Below, piece by piece: positions 47,782 to 57,598 of a stretch of 64,000 bases of DNA. Position 1 is the first letter of the stretch. Every line of letters begins with the position of its first letter. The stretch spans positions 141,016-205,015 of the IMG/VR virus record IMGVR_UViG_3300036715_000626. The stretch is one strand, 5' to 3'. Below the pieces are notes generated by a model that searched no databases, was not told where the DNA came from, and saw only the letters and a list, made by a program, of their open reading frames with translations. A program made the translations under genes and the position numbers.

Positions 47782-50151
47782 TTAAACCACCTTTGTTAAT
47801 ATTGTTCGTAAACGTTTGATTCGGTTCTCAGCTTGTACTGCTACCATTTTTTCTTGGATAACTCTAAATGAGTAAGCAGTAGCTACTTTGTTATAATCCA
47901 CGGTCATACTCATTTCAACTTCACTAGCAATATAAGCTTGTTTAATAAGCTGCGTACCACCATCTATCACATGTGCGGTATAAGGTAATACAGTTGCTTC
48001 GATTAGTCCATTGTACATATGCTCAATTGTTTCCCAACCATCGGCAAATGGTGCTAAATAAATATTACTCACCCCAGTGTTACCAGAGGTATTAACCATA
48101 CCACCCGCTAAATAAATACCGGATTTAGTTACAAATAACGCACTGTTTGTTAATAATACTGGAAGATCACTAATCTGAGTTAACGTAATAACACTTCCAG
48201 GCGCTACTGGGTTGTTATCTGTATCTATATCGAAATAGTATACTGAATTAGTTATAGTGGTGCCGTTAGTGTTACCACCTATTAAGTATACTCTATTCTT
48301 AGTTTGAACTATACTGGCTATTACTTTATTAAAAGGTAATATTGCATATAGTGTCCACGAGCTTAACAATCCATTAGCATCGATAGTTGCTTTATACACA
48401 CTGTTAACGGTAGTATAGTTAGACATAGCCCCGCCAACTAAGAATACGTTATTACCAGAAACAAACATTCTAGAATAACCTAAAGCCGCAGGTAATGCAT
48501 TACTGTTAGTAGACCAAGAACCTAAATCTCCTGTAACAGGATCTATTGTAGCACGCATAATACTGTTTACTGCTTGCAAGATTCCGTTAACTGTTTGATC
48601 CCCACCTATAACATAGAGATGAGAATTAGTTATCAATAACTGTGTTTTGGCAATAGCTATAGGCATATTACCATATATTTCGAAACTACTTATAGTTCCG
48701 TCCGAAAGAATGGTAGCTTTTAAGATAGCTGCTAGCGCGGTACTACCATTAGCACCACCCATAATATACACATTATTCTTAATAATAGCTATTCTACCCG
48801 CATACATTGCTATAGGAATAGTTCCGTATAACGTAAAGTCGCCTATAATTCCATTAGTATCAATAGGCGCTGAATAAATAGTGTTTACAGGAACCTCGCT
48901 ACCAGCGCTTCCGCCTACAATGAACGCATGGTTATTAGTAGTAAATGTCGTACCGCCATAAAGATTTGCTGGTAAATTACCGATATCACCCCAAACTAAA
49001 TCAGTTACCGTAGAAGGTTGGTTTTGATTTTCATAATGATAATTGTTAAAGTATTGACCTTTACAATATAAACTGTTAGAACAGTTAATATTAGGATCAA
49101 TATAGGTAACTGTTCCTAAACTACCATCAATAGCTTCCCACCCATTATCCTGGGTGATATCATCAACATATACAGTAGTACCGGTTACATCGCCATAGAC
49201 AGTTACATCAGTAGCCGTGGATGTTAATCTTCTATTAAAGGTTCCTACTTTAGGAGACATCCCAAACACAGCTTTATCTGGTTCGACTGATATGTACACA
49301 GCAGGATCGATAGTGAGATAATTTGTAGCGGTCTTAGCTTTAAGGATAGGTAATGCAAAATATTCTGTTACAACACCAGCTATTACTGGAGATGTTTCAG
49401 TTTTTACTATATCGTATTGACCGTTACCGTTAACAACCACGCTACCTATTTTAACCATTACTTTGACACCATCTACAGTAACTAACGCATTATCGCCAGC
49501 AGTCAATGGCTCAGCAAGTGTGAGCAGTGTATCTGTATCGGTAACTAGTATATTAACAGGGTTAAGCATAAGCTGGCTTCTGTGTGTTACCCAATCTGTA
49601 TCTGTATCTTCTTGGTAATACTGATAAACTGCTATTTCACCATCAGTTGGCGATAGATCGGCGTCTAATCCGTTCTGCCATATCACATAGTCATCCAGAG
49701 TTTCCATCAGTTGTAAATTACGCACGGCGACAGTTGTCACAGTGCTAACTGTTTTACTAGACATCTTAGCCGATATGAACAATGATGTGTCAGTAGTACT
49801 TGTTACTGGGTGAAATACCACTGTCAATACACCATTATAAACAAAACCTGATATAACATCTTCATTCTGGGATTCAACAGTATATGTTATATCGTGTGAG
49901 TAGTTGGTAATAGTCACATTGACGCTACTACCTTCTGAATACTGTAGTGTATATGTAGACAGTGTAGGAGCATCTGTAACGCTAATAACAGAAAAAATAG
50001 CCAATGTTTCATTGACGTCTACATCAGTAATTAATATACCTGGCTTTACAGGAAAGTATAAGGTCTGGTTTGAAAGCATAGATGTTGGTGTTATAACAAT
50101 ATTCTTATCAGTAACAGCATCGTGCATCGGAATATTTGGTAGTGACGGCAT
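47782..50151 (-). CDS. Kelch-like beta-propeller tail/receptor-binding protein (paralog 3)
   Basis: Six Y/FxxGG...IYxAxIDxxGxxxxW repeats inside a scaffold shared with two neighbours. Confidence 0.78.
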   Translation of the reverse strand: MPSLPNIPMHDAVTDKNIVITPTSMLSNQTLYFPVKPGILITDVDVNETLAIFSVISVTDAPTLSTYTLQYSEGSSVNVTITNYSHDITYTVESQNEDVISGFVYNGVLTVVFHPVTSTTDTSLFISAKMSSKTVSTVTTVAVRNLQLMETLDDYVIWQNGLDADLSPTDGEIAVYQYYQEDTDTDWVTHRSQLMLNPVNILVTDTDTLLTLAEPLTAGDNALVTVDGVKVMVKIGSVVVNGNGQYDIVKTETSPVIAGVVTEYFALPILKAKTATNYLTIDPAVYISVEPDKAVFGMSPKVGTFNRRLTSTATDVTVYGDVTGTTVYVDDITQDNGWEAIDGSLGTVTYIDPNINCSNSLYCKGQYFNNYHYENQNQPSTVTDLVWGDIGNLPANLYGGTTFTTNNHAFIVGGSAGSEVPVNTIYSAPIDTNGIIGDFTLYGTIPIAMYAGRIAIIKNNVYIMGGANGSTALAAILKATILSDGTISSFEIYGNMPIAIAKTQLLITNSHLYVIGGDQTVNGILQAVNSIMRATIDPVTGDLGSWSTNSNALPAALGYSRMFVSGNNVFLVGGAMSNYTTVNSVYKATIDANGLLSSWTLYAILPFNKVIASIVQTKNRVYLIGGNTNGTTITNSVYYFDIDTDNNPVAPGSVITLTQISDLPVLLTNSALFVTKSGIYLAGGMVNTSGNTGVSNIYLAPFADGWETIEHMYNGLIEATVLPYTAHVIDGGTQLIKQAYIASEVEMSMTVDYNKVATAYSFRVIQEKMVAVQAENRIKRLRTILTKVV

Positions 50152-52418
50152 TACATACTCCTTTTAGTAAGATATGTTGTGATATTCCGTATAGCTGCTA
50201 ATGCAGTTTGTGGTAATGTAAGGGTTAAGTAGTTTTGTATATATCTAAACGACGGCAACGGCGTTATACTCGTAAAGGATACTTTAATATCTGTATTAGC
50301 ATAGCTAACTGACGCTTTAATATCTTTAACATAAGCAACTGCAGATAAATCATTACTAATACCTGTTCTAGTACTTAGTTCTGGTAGAACATAAGTTTTA
50401 TCAATATTATCAGTAATTACTGGCGTGGTTAATGCTTTCTTAAAACGATATGCTGTTTTACCTGCGGTATTGTCATTAAGACGGCAATCCCAGCCATCTA
50501 CTGTAGCTGAATAGTATTTTTCTAAGGTGTTACCGAAGATATATAATTTATTATTAATAATGAAAGTTTTCATTTTATTATCAGCAGTCCAAACACTCGT
50601 CATTAAGCTGAGATTATCGCTATCTAAAAGAATTGTTGGGGTTGTTAAATATCCGTCGGTATCTACTATAAATTTTATTATTTTAGTATGCCCATTTTCT
50701 ACAGCAGTTGAGTGTGTATGGTTTTGATAATAAACGGGTTTTCTAATAATCATATAGACATAATTACTAGTTACAATTACGTTAACATGTTTAATAGAGT
50801 ATATAGCGTTATTATCTACGAGTTCCATTCCTGAATATATCCAAGAACCTATACTTCCAGAACTATCAATGTCGCTGTAATATAAAAAATAATTTGCAGA
50901 ACCATTTATAATAACTTCAGAACCATCTCCAATAACTGCGTATACTCTGGATTTTGTTTTAAATATGTTATGTACGTAATAGTTATTCTGTCCTGTGAAT
51001 CCTGGTGCTACTACACTACCAACCAGAGCGTCTAAATAACCGTCATTAGTTAAACTGTAAAGACTACCACTCCACCCAGTTCCGTCAGTGTTACCGTAAC
51101 CATAAATGTATAATTTACCTTTAGTTACTACAAATGAAGGATCTGATAAACGTGGTGAAGTATTGTTAATAATCACCCAGCTACCAATATGTCCGTTAAT
51201 ATCGATAACAGCAGAGAGTAAATAACTTAATAACCCACCTGTAGACAATGTTCCTAGCTGACTAGTTATTATGTTGCTACCACCAGTTATATATATTTTA
51301 TCTTTAAGCTGTACAAGCGCCGCTTCATACATAGCTACTGGTAACCCAGACACACCGGTATCTTCTACCCAAGGGGTAGATGGTATAGATCCATCAGGAT
51401 TAAGCTCTTTGTAAAAAGAACGATTTGTAACAGCAGCTATCCATCCTTGTATCGGGTCGGTAAAATAGTTGTATGTATAAATTCCTCTAGTACAACCACC
51501 AAATCTGTATATACGACTACTGGTAACTATAGACATACTGTCAGCATAACCAATATCAGTACTTGACGTTATTGTAGGTAAATTTGGTAACGTTGAATCA
51601 TATGTCACCGGATCTATGGTTTTTAACAAATTAGTATTGTTATAGTTATCATAATGAGTAAATTCACAAGGATAACCTAAAAACGCATTGGTATTGTAAC
51701 TTGAATTATCGTTAACTTTAGCGAGATTTAAATTACCCATTGTGGTGTGTACCGCAACATCAGTTCCTACCGGAATTTGTATAGAGGTATTAACATATGT
51801 AGCATCTTCTGATAAAAACACATTATTAGCAGCCAGTACAACATCATTTTGATAGGTCACCCAATCAGTTTCACCTACTCCTTGAGCAGCTACCGATGTT
51901 TCTACAACACTAGCACTTGAATTCAAATCGGTATCAACTCCATTTTGCCAAGTAACCATATTGTCAGCAACGGCAGGAATAACTAGATTATTAATAACGA
52001 TTACATTTTGGCTACTTTGTATTTTACCAGATTCAGTACATGTGATACTTATAGTTCCAGTGGTATCAGTTCGCACTGGTAAGAATGTTACATGGATAAT
52101 ATCGCCAGCTCTGCTAGTGGTAACTAATCCTGATGTGTTGAATATGCTATATTGATTACCTGGAATATAGTTAGTGATAGTTATGTCGACAGTACTGCCT
52201 TCATAGTACGTAAGTGTGTTTGTATTTACTGTAGGTTCGCCTGTAATTATTCCATAACTAAGAGCTGTTAACATGTCATTGAGATCATCTTGAACTAGCA
52301 TAGTACCAGTTCTAGCAGGTAATTGTAATAGGGTGTCTACTGTAATATCAGTATCTGGTTTCAGTTCTATTTTTTTACCAGTCGAAGAATCGACTAGCTT
52401 TATAGTAGAGTTTGGCAT
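50151..52418 (-). CDS. Kelch-like tail protein (paralog 2)
   Basis: Shared N-terminus (LQLPARTG, YYEGS, WQNG, GETDWV), degenerate Kelch-like repeats and a shared FRxIQ...TYLTKR end. Confidence 0.75.
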   Translation of the reverse strand: MPNSTIKLVDSSTGKKIELKPDTDITVDTLLQLPARTGTMLVQDDLNDMLTALSYGIITGEPTVNTNTLTYYEGSTVDITITNYIPGNQYSIFNTSGLVTTSRAGDIIHVTFLPVRTDTTGTISITCTESGKIQSSQNVIVINNLVIPAVADNMVTWQNGVDTDLNSSASVVETSVAAQGVGETDWVTYQNDVVLAANNVFLSEDATYVNTSIQIPVGTDVAVHTTMGNLNLAKVNDNSSYNTNAFLGYPCEFTHYDNYNNTNLLKTIDPVTYDSTLPNLPTITSSTDIGYADSMSIVTSSRIYRFGGCTRGIYTYNYFTDPIQGWIAAVTNRSFYKELNPDGSIPSTPWVEDTGVSGLPVAMYEAALVQLKDKIYITGGSNIITSQLGTLSTGGLLSYLLSAVIDINGHIGSWVIINNTSPRLSDPSFVVTKGKLYIYGYGNTDGTGWSGSLYSLTNDGYLDALVGSVVAPGFTGQNNYYVHNIFKTKSRVYAVIGDGSEVIINGSANYFLYYSDIDSSGSIGSWIYSGMELVDNNAIYSIKHVNVIVTSNYVYMIIRKPVYYQNHTHSTAVENGHTKIIKFIVDTDGYLTTPTILLDSDNLSLMTSVWTADNKMKTFIINNKLYIFGNTLEKYYSATVDGWDCRLNDNTAGKTAYRFKKALTTPVITDNIDKTYVLPELSTRTGISNDLSAVAYVKDIKASVSYANTDIKVSFTSITPLPSFRYIQNYLTLTLPQTALAAIRNITTYLTKRSM
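51339..51414. repeat. 76-bp direct repeat, copy 1 (73/76 identical to 53551..53626)
   Basis: Direct sequence comparison by eye. Confidence 0.9.
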
Positions 52419-52419
52419 G

Positions 52420-54609
52420 TTAACCTCGTTTTGTTAAATATGTTCTGATTCTAATAATTACACGCACAGCATTTTTAATAATAACGTTATGCTGCATAGC
52501 TCTAAAACTATTGATAGGTTTATAACCTGCATAATTAATTGTAATCGTATTATTAATTTTAAATGCATCAGCCGTGATAGGTGTTACAGTGTCAATAACG
52601 GAATAAATAAATCTGGCACTAAATGTACCTACTATATCCATAGCTGTTTTAACGCTAAGCTTAGGTAATAAGTATATAGTATTAGGCGTATTTGTTAATA
52701 CCGGTAATGTTTCAAGTTTCTTAAACTTATATTGGCTGGTAAGTGCTGTAGTATCGTTTAATCTACTATTCCAACCATCTACTGTTATATGTAAATATTG
52801 ACTCATATGTTCGTCAAATAGTATAAAAGTGTTATTAATAATAAATACACCACTCCACCATTTAACACTTAATGACCATATACTATTAAATGGTATTGTA
52901 GTAAGTGTACCTAACATGATATTGGTCCCCAGGATTCCATTACTATCAATACTCGACCTACTTAATTTAGTGTAACCGCCATTCGCATCGTGTATTATAA
53001 AATAAACATAATTATTAAATACTAAAGTAGCTAACCCGAAACTACCAGTAGCATACCCAGTAGTACCATAAACACTTGCTGTACCTAATGGTTGTGAAAT
53101 CCACGCACCTATACTCCCATCAGAATTAATTACAGCATAGTAACCATCTGTTATGTATAGTCTAGATTTAGTTTTGAATAAGTAACCTTTCGATTGACTA
53201 CCTGTGTTAGGTAATGTAATAGCGACAAATGATCCCAAGGTACCATCAGTGTTGATATCAAATTTAAAACCCACTCTAGTACTAGAAATAAAGTTACCGG
53301 GAAAAGCTATCAATAACCCAGATAGATACATTTTATTCTTAGTAATAACTATACTAGGTTCTGATATATTAGGAGATACTCCGCTAGAAACCCATGCGCC
53401 AACATGACCGTTAATATCAATAGGAGCTTTATAAATAGTGTTATTAATACCACCACCTGTATAATTTCCTGATGATGTAGTAAAATTATTGCCACCAACC
53501 AAATAAACAGTGTTTTTTAACACTATTAAGCCGAACCCATTTAGTCCTGTTGGTAACCCAGACACACCGGTATCTTCCATCCAAGAGGTAGATGGTATAG
53601 ATCCATCAGGATTAAGCTCTTTGTAATAGGATTTATTTATAGAAGCGCCGACACCGTTAAACACATAGGTATACCCACCAAACTTATATATCCTACTTGA
53701 TGTAATAATAGACCCTGGATTAGCCCATAACGCATTATCTTGTGTATAATATGAATCGCTAGTATTATTAACTGGCGCTGTTAAAATAGCATTATCATAA
53801 TTAACTGGGTCTATAGTTTTTAGTAGGTTATTATTCCAGTAATTGTCGTAATGACTAAATTCGCACGGATACCCTATATATGCTCCAGTAGTAGCATTTA
53901 CGACATCTCCTACCTTAACCACACCAGTATCTACTACAAGCAAATCGTCACCGTTAACAACTGGATCAGTTACAGTTATATAAACGCCATCATCTGCCGT
54001 GAATATATTGTCGCCGGCAATCATTTCTAGTTTATCAGTATACATAACCCAATCAGTCTCGCCATCACCTTGTAACGCAATACCCGTTGAGATTACATCT
54101 AGACCGGATCCTAGATTGGCGCTTGTACCATTCTGCCACATAACTAAATCGTCGGTAACTTCGGCTATATTCATATTGGTAATCGCTACCATAGTTTTAT
54201 AACTTTCAAGTTTACCAGGAGCTGTCATTTTAACAACTAAGTTACAGCTAATATCGATATTTGTAGGAAGAAACGTCAAATAAATATTAGCTCCAGTTCT
54301 CGATACTTGAACGATCCCAGTAGTATCAGCATAAATATTAAAAGTATTGGCAGCATCATAGTTACTAATGGTTACTATAGCTACACTTCCTTCATATTGC
54401 GAAAGAGTTGCTACCGATAGTATAGGTCCAGCAGTTACCATGTTATTATTAAAAGAAGAAATAGCTGCCGTTAAATCGGCTCTTGTTAAGAGTATCCCGT
54501 TTCGAGTAGGCAGCCGTAATGTTAAATCGTTTGGTACTTGATCTGGTAACTGTATCTCCAATAGTTTACCATTTATTTTATTCCGAAAAGTTATTGATTT
54601 AGAAGCCAT
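52420..54609 (-). CDS. Kelch-like tail protein (paralog 1)
   Basis: Same scaffold; GYPCEF.HYDNY and YKELNPDGSIPST segments are shared with paralog 2. Confidence 0.75.
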   Translation of the reverse strand: MASKSITFRNKINGKLLEIQLPDQVPNDLTLRLPTRNGILLTRADLTAAISSFNNNMVTAGPILSVATLSQYEGSVAIVTISNYDAANTFNIYADTTGIVQVSRTGANIYLTFLPTNIDISCNLVVKMTAPGKLESYKTMVAITNMNIAEVTDDLVMWQNGTSANLGSGLDVISTGIALQGDGETDWVMYTDKLEMIAGDNIFTADDGVYITVTDPVVNGDDLLVVDTGVVKVGDVVNATTGAYIGYPCEFSHYDNYWNNNLLKTIDPVNYDNAILTAPVNNTSDSYYTQDNALWANPGSIITSSRIYKFGGYTYVFNGVGASINKSYYKELNPDGSIPSTSWMEDTGVSGLPTGLNGFGLIVLKNTVYLVGGNNFTTSSGNYTGGGINNTIYKAPIDINGHVGAWVSSGVSPNISEPSIVITKNKMYLSGLLIAFPGNFISSTRVGFKFDINTDGTLGSFVAITLPNTGSQSKGYLFKTKSRLYITDGYYAVINSDGSIGAWISQPLGTASVYGTTGYATGSFGLATLVFNNYVYFIIHDANGGYTKLSRSSIDSNGILGTNIMLGTLTTIPFNSIWSLSVKWWSGVFIINNTFILFDEHMSQYLHITVDGWNSRLNDTTALTSQYKFKKLETLPVLTNTPNTIYLLPKLSVKTAMDIVGTFSARFIYSVIDTVTPITADAFKINNTITINYAGYKPINSFRAMQHNVIIKNAVRVIIRIRTYLTKRG
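53551..53626. repeat. 76-bp direct repeat, copy 2
   Basis: tggtaacccagacacaccggtatcttc...ggtagatggtatagatccatcaggattaagctctttgtaa. Confidence 0.9.
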
Positions 54610-54663
54610 AGTGATATCCTAGTTTCAGTATTAATTCATTTATTTGCGTCGCTAAAAATAATG

Positions 54664-54698
54664 TAACAGTACTACCGACATAGTCGGTAGTACTGTTA
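54664..54698 (-). terminator. Hairpin closing the signalling cassette
   Basis: 16-bp stem taacagtactaccgac-ata-gtcggtagtactgtta overlapping the porin stop. Confidence 0.75.
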
Positions 54699-55886
54699 GA
54701 AATCTGAATACCATTGTAGCATAATAGAACTTGATGATGTAACACTATCTTTAATAGTATCATTATTACCATATTCAGGAGTAAATCCTTTATAAGTACT
54801 AACTCCATCGGAATCATAATGACAGTATCTTAGTTTAAGTAGGTTATCTTTATTTAGCGATACTCCTATACTGGCGTTAATAGTTGTTCCTATATCAGCA
54901 TACGACAACAGCGATATCGGTTTACCGGCTAATAAACTATGGTATCCAGGAGATTTGTAAGCGTACTCGATTCCGAATGACATATCCTTATTCCAGATGA
55001 CGTCATCTACTTCTTTTTTAAATCCAGCAGTTATACTATAACCAGCTGTGTCATAACCACCAAAGTAATAGCCGTCATCTTCAAAAGGTTTCTTAGTAGG
55101 AGAGAGTTGTTCATTGTCACCAGATGATTTAGTTAATACCACACTACCATAATAAGTAAATCCAGTATTCTCTTCGTCACTATATGTAAAAGCTCCTCCA
55201 AGTATATCTGAAGCTATAATAGGGTTACTATTGATAACTTGTTCTATCTTGTAATAGTTAACTTCTAAATACAGATTATCCAACTGATGTTTATCTATAA
55301 TAAAATAACCACCGGTATTTTTATAACTATCGTAGGAAACCGGACCGCTACTAGCATCATAATCGTAGAATGATTTAAAATATTTATCAAAGTTTATCTT
55401 ACCACCGCTTAAAGTATGTTCCTTAGTTGGTTTATAGGTAAGTATGATTCCTTGCATTGTTACATCGTTTACATTATACAATCCGTTACCTAAACGAGTA
55501 CCATTATATGCCATTTCATAAAGAGTGCCTTTTCTAAAAGGAAACAAACCAACTGACACAGAAACATCTTTAAAGATGTTATATGTATAATACAGTTCAT
55601 TCAGATAGATAGCTTTCATCTTAGTGACATCATCTTTAACAATGCTGTTGTATACAGAATTATCTGTATAATATATACCTGGTGAAAAAGTAAACTTACT
55701 ATTACAAAAGTAGAAATCGTTATTAACAACAACGTCTACTGTATCAATATGCGAAGATATGTTCTTCCCATTCTCTTTATAAGTAGATAACGCGCTTGTT
55801 AGCTCTGCATTACCAGACATGTCGTATTTGAAATCAACAGGGTATAAAAAAGAGAAACATAAAACCATAAAAACGATGAACTTCAT
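54696..55886 (-). CDS. Outer-membrane beta-barrel protein / putative porin (DUF3373-like)
   Basis: Signal peptide, alternating aromatic/polar strands, IYLNELYYTY...VSVG.FP and SFGIEYAYKS.GY motifs, and a C-terminal Phe signature (MLQWYSDF). Confidence 0.78.
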   Translation of the reverse strand: MKFIVFMVLCFSFLYPVDFKYDMSGNAELTSALSTYKENGKNISSHIDTVDVVVNNDFYFCNSKFTFSPGIYYTDNSVYNSIVKDDVTKMKAIYLNELYYTYNIFKDVSVSVGLFPFRKGTLYEMAYNGTRLGNGLYNVNDVTMQGIILTYKPTKEHTLSGGKINFDKYFKSFYDYDASSGPVSYDSYKNTGGYFIIDKHQLDNLYLEVNYYKIEQVINSNPIIASDILGGAFTYSDEENTGFTYYGSVVLTKSSGDNEQLSPTKKPFEDDGYYFGGYDTAGYSITAGFKKEVDDVIWNKDMSFGIEYAYKSPGYHSLLAGKPISLLSYADIGTTINASIGVSLNKDNLLKLRYCHYDSDGVSTYKGFTPEYGNNDTIKDSVTSSSSIMLQWYSDF

Positions 55887-56173
55887 CGTGGATCCTCCAA
55901 GTCGGTATTTTCAAAACTTCTATAACTAACAGAGGTTACTTCTTTATCGATACACTCTTTTAGTAGATGTTTATCTTTCACAGATAAGGGTAATTTTGTA
56001 TACAATTGTAATTTATTATTATTATAGGCCCGTAACCAGCCTTTCGGCTTTTTTATATTCATGTCAATACCGTATTTATTAAATACATTTTCGCAGTATT
56101 GTTCTGGTTGGTCTGGGTATATGTTAGTTGCTATTAAACAGTTAAAAAATAATAATAGGATAAATTTATTCAT
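55883..56173 (-). CDS. Small exported (periplasmic) protein
   Basis: Signal peptide MNKFILLLFFNCLIA, two mature Cys, ATGA-coupled to the porin gene. Confidence 0.7.
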   Translation of the reverse strand: MNKFILLLFFNCLIATNIYPDQPEQYCENVFNKYGIDMNIKKPKGWLRAYNNNKLQLYTKLPLSVKDKHLLKECIDKEVTSVSYRSFENTDLEDPR

Positions 56174-56193
56174 CTAGCATTCCATTAAAGTAT

Positions 56194-57594
56194 TTAATCA
56201 TCGCGTCTCGGTTTAACAGGAATAGTTATTTTGAACAACGTCCCATCTTTAGACGTATTTATCAGCTTAACATCCCCACCGGAATTAACAGCGATTCCTT
56301 TTGTAAATGATAGACCAGCTCCTCTTGGGACAATACTGTCCTTAAGTATACCAATCTTAACCATGAATTTAAGGAACCAAGATCTATTATTAATATTTTC
56401 ACCTTGCATAGTTTTAGTAGTATACCCATAGCTAAATATTTCATTTGTTTCTACTATATTACCAGCTCTATCTCTGATACCTCTACCGTTATCGGAGAAA
56501 TAAATATTAAGTTTATACTTACTTGGTAATAACTCAGCTCCGATAGTGATGACCGTAGCTTTAGCTTCTATACTATTAGTAGTATGAGCATGTATTATAT
56601 TTAATAGATCGCCATTAGTCATACCATAACCGACAGCATAATTCTTTAATATATCGAGGTTATTATAAACCACGGTTACTTTATTAACCTTCAAACTGTT
56701 GTTTGTTTTTATAATATTATCTATAATACTATGTATCGCTGTATTACCGTTACTGTATTTTATATGTTTACTGGCAGCCATTTGATTTAATGGTGCTTCT
56801 AAACGTTCTATAGCAAACTTCATCTTTAAGAAATAGTTCTTAGCTATATCGTCATTAATTAGATCTTTATTGCGTAAAACACAATCAGCACATTTTGTAG
56901 TATCTACATCAGTTTCAGAGGTGCATAGATTACATATCCCGGACTTACTATATGAACATGGGAATAGTGTAGAATATAAGTCCCATACTAATGTTTTAAT
57001 AAGAGCTACTGGCATACCCATTTCATGGTGCGCAGATTCTGACATATCTCTCTGTAGTTTATTTTCTAATCCTATCTTATACGACGTTTTCTCAATAGCG
57101 GCATTACGGTTTTCTATGTATAGCTGTTTAAGAAATATGTAGCTATACAATAAAAAAAATATGAACGAGTTTAAATACATAATATTAAGAAATGTATCTA
57201 TGTAACGCTTATCGTTAACAACGATCGTATGATCATTATATCTAAGTACGGTCTTAAGATCAGCAGTAAAACTTCCCAAATATTTAGCCTGATCTGGTTG
57301 AGCAGGAGTTAATAATAAATACCCATCTTTACCTAAGATGTAATTCATATTACCATCTGTAATAGTTTCACATGACACTACACTACACATAAGACTAAGG
57401 TCTTCTCCTTCTCTACTTACAATAGTAGAGAGCTTCTTAATATAATCAGTCATAGTTCCTTTATAAATAGAATGCACTGTAGATACTTCTATTATTAGGA
57501 AAATTATAAAAAACATTATATAGTACTTAATAAATTTATATATTGTTTTGCTATTAAAAAACAGCATGAACTTATCAATGTCTATTTGTAACAT
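56194..57594 (-). CDS. Membrane-bound sensor histidine kinase
   Basis: Two TM helices flank a ~95-aa periplasmic domain. H-box ESAHHEMGMPV, N-box NIIHAHTTNSIEA, G1 FSDNGRGI, F-box IFSYGYTTK and G2 RGAGLS...GGDV...GTLFKITIP are all present. Confidence 0.93.
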   Translation of the reverse strand: MLQIDIDKFMLFFNSKTIYKFIKYYIMFFIIFLIIEVSTVHSIYKGTMTDYIKKLSTIVSREGEDLSLMCSVVSCETITDGNMNYILGKDGYLLLTPAQPDQAKYLGSFTADLKTVLRYNDHTIVVNDKRYIDTFLNIMYLNSFIFFLLYSYIFLKQLYIENRNAAIEKTSYKIGLENKLQRDMSESAHHEMGMPVALIKTLVWDLYSTLFPCSYSKSGICNLCTSETDVDTTKCADCVLRNKDLINDDIAKNYFLKMKFAIERLEAPLNQMAASKHIKYSNGNTAIHSIIDNIIKTNNSLKVNKVTVVYNNLDILKNYAVGYGMTNGDLLNIIHAHTTNSIEAKATVITIGAELLPSKYKLNIYFSDNGRGIRDRAGNIVETNEIFSYGYTTKTMQGENINNRSWFLKFMVKIGILKDSIVPRGAGLSFTKGIAVNSGGDVKLINTSKDGTLFKITIPVKPRRDD

Positions 57595-57598
57595 GACC

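Noticed and set aside
51339-53626. Diversity-generating retroelement template/variable repeat pair
   Set aside because: The mismatches are not confined to adenines of one copy, both copies are mid-gene, and no reverse transcriptase is present in the window.
55883-56173. c-type cytochrome partner of the porin
   Set aside because: There is no CxxCH haem-binding motif.
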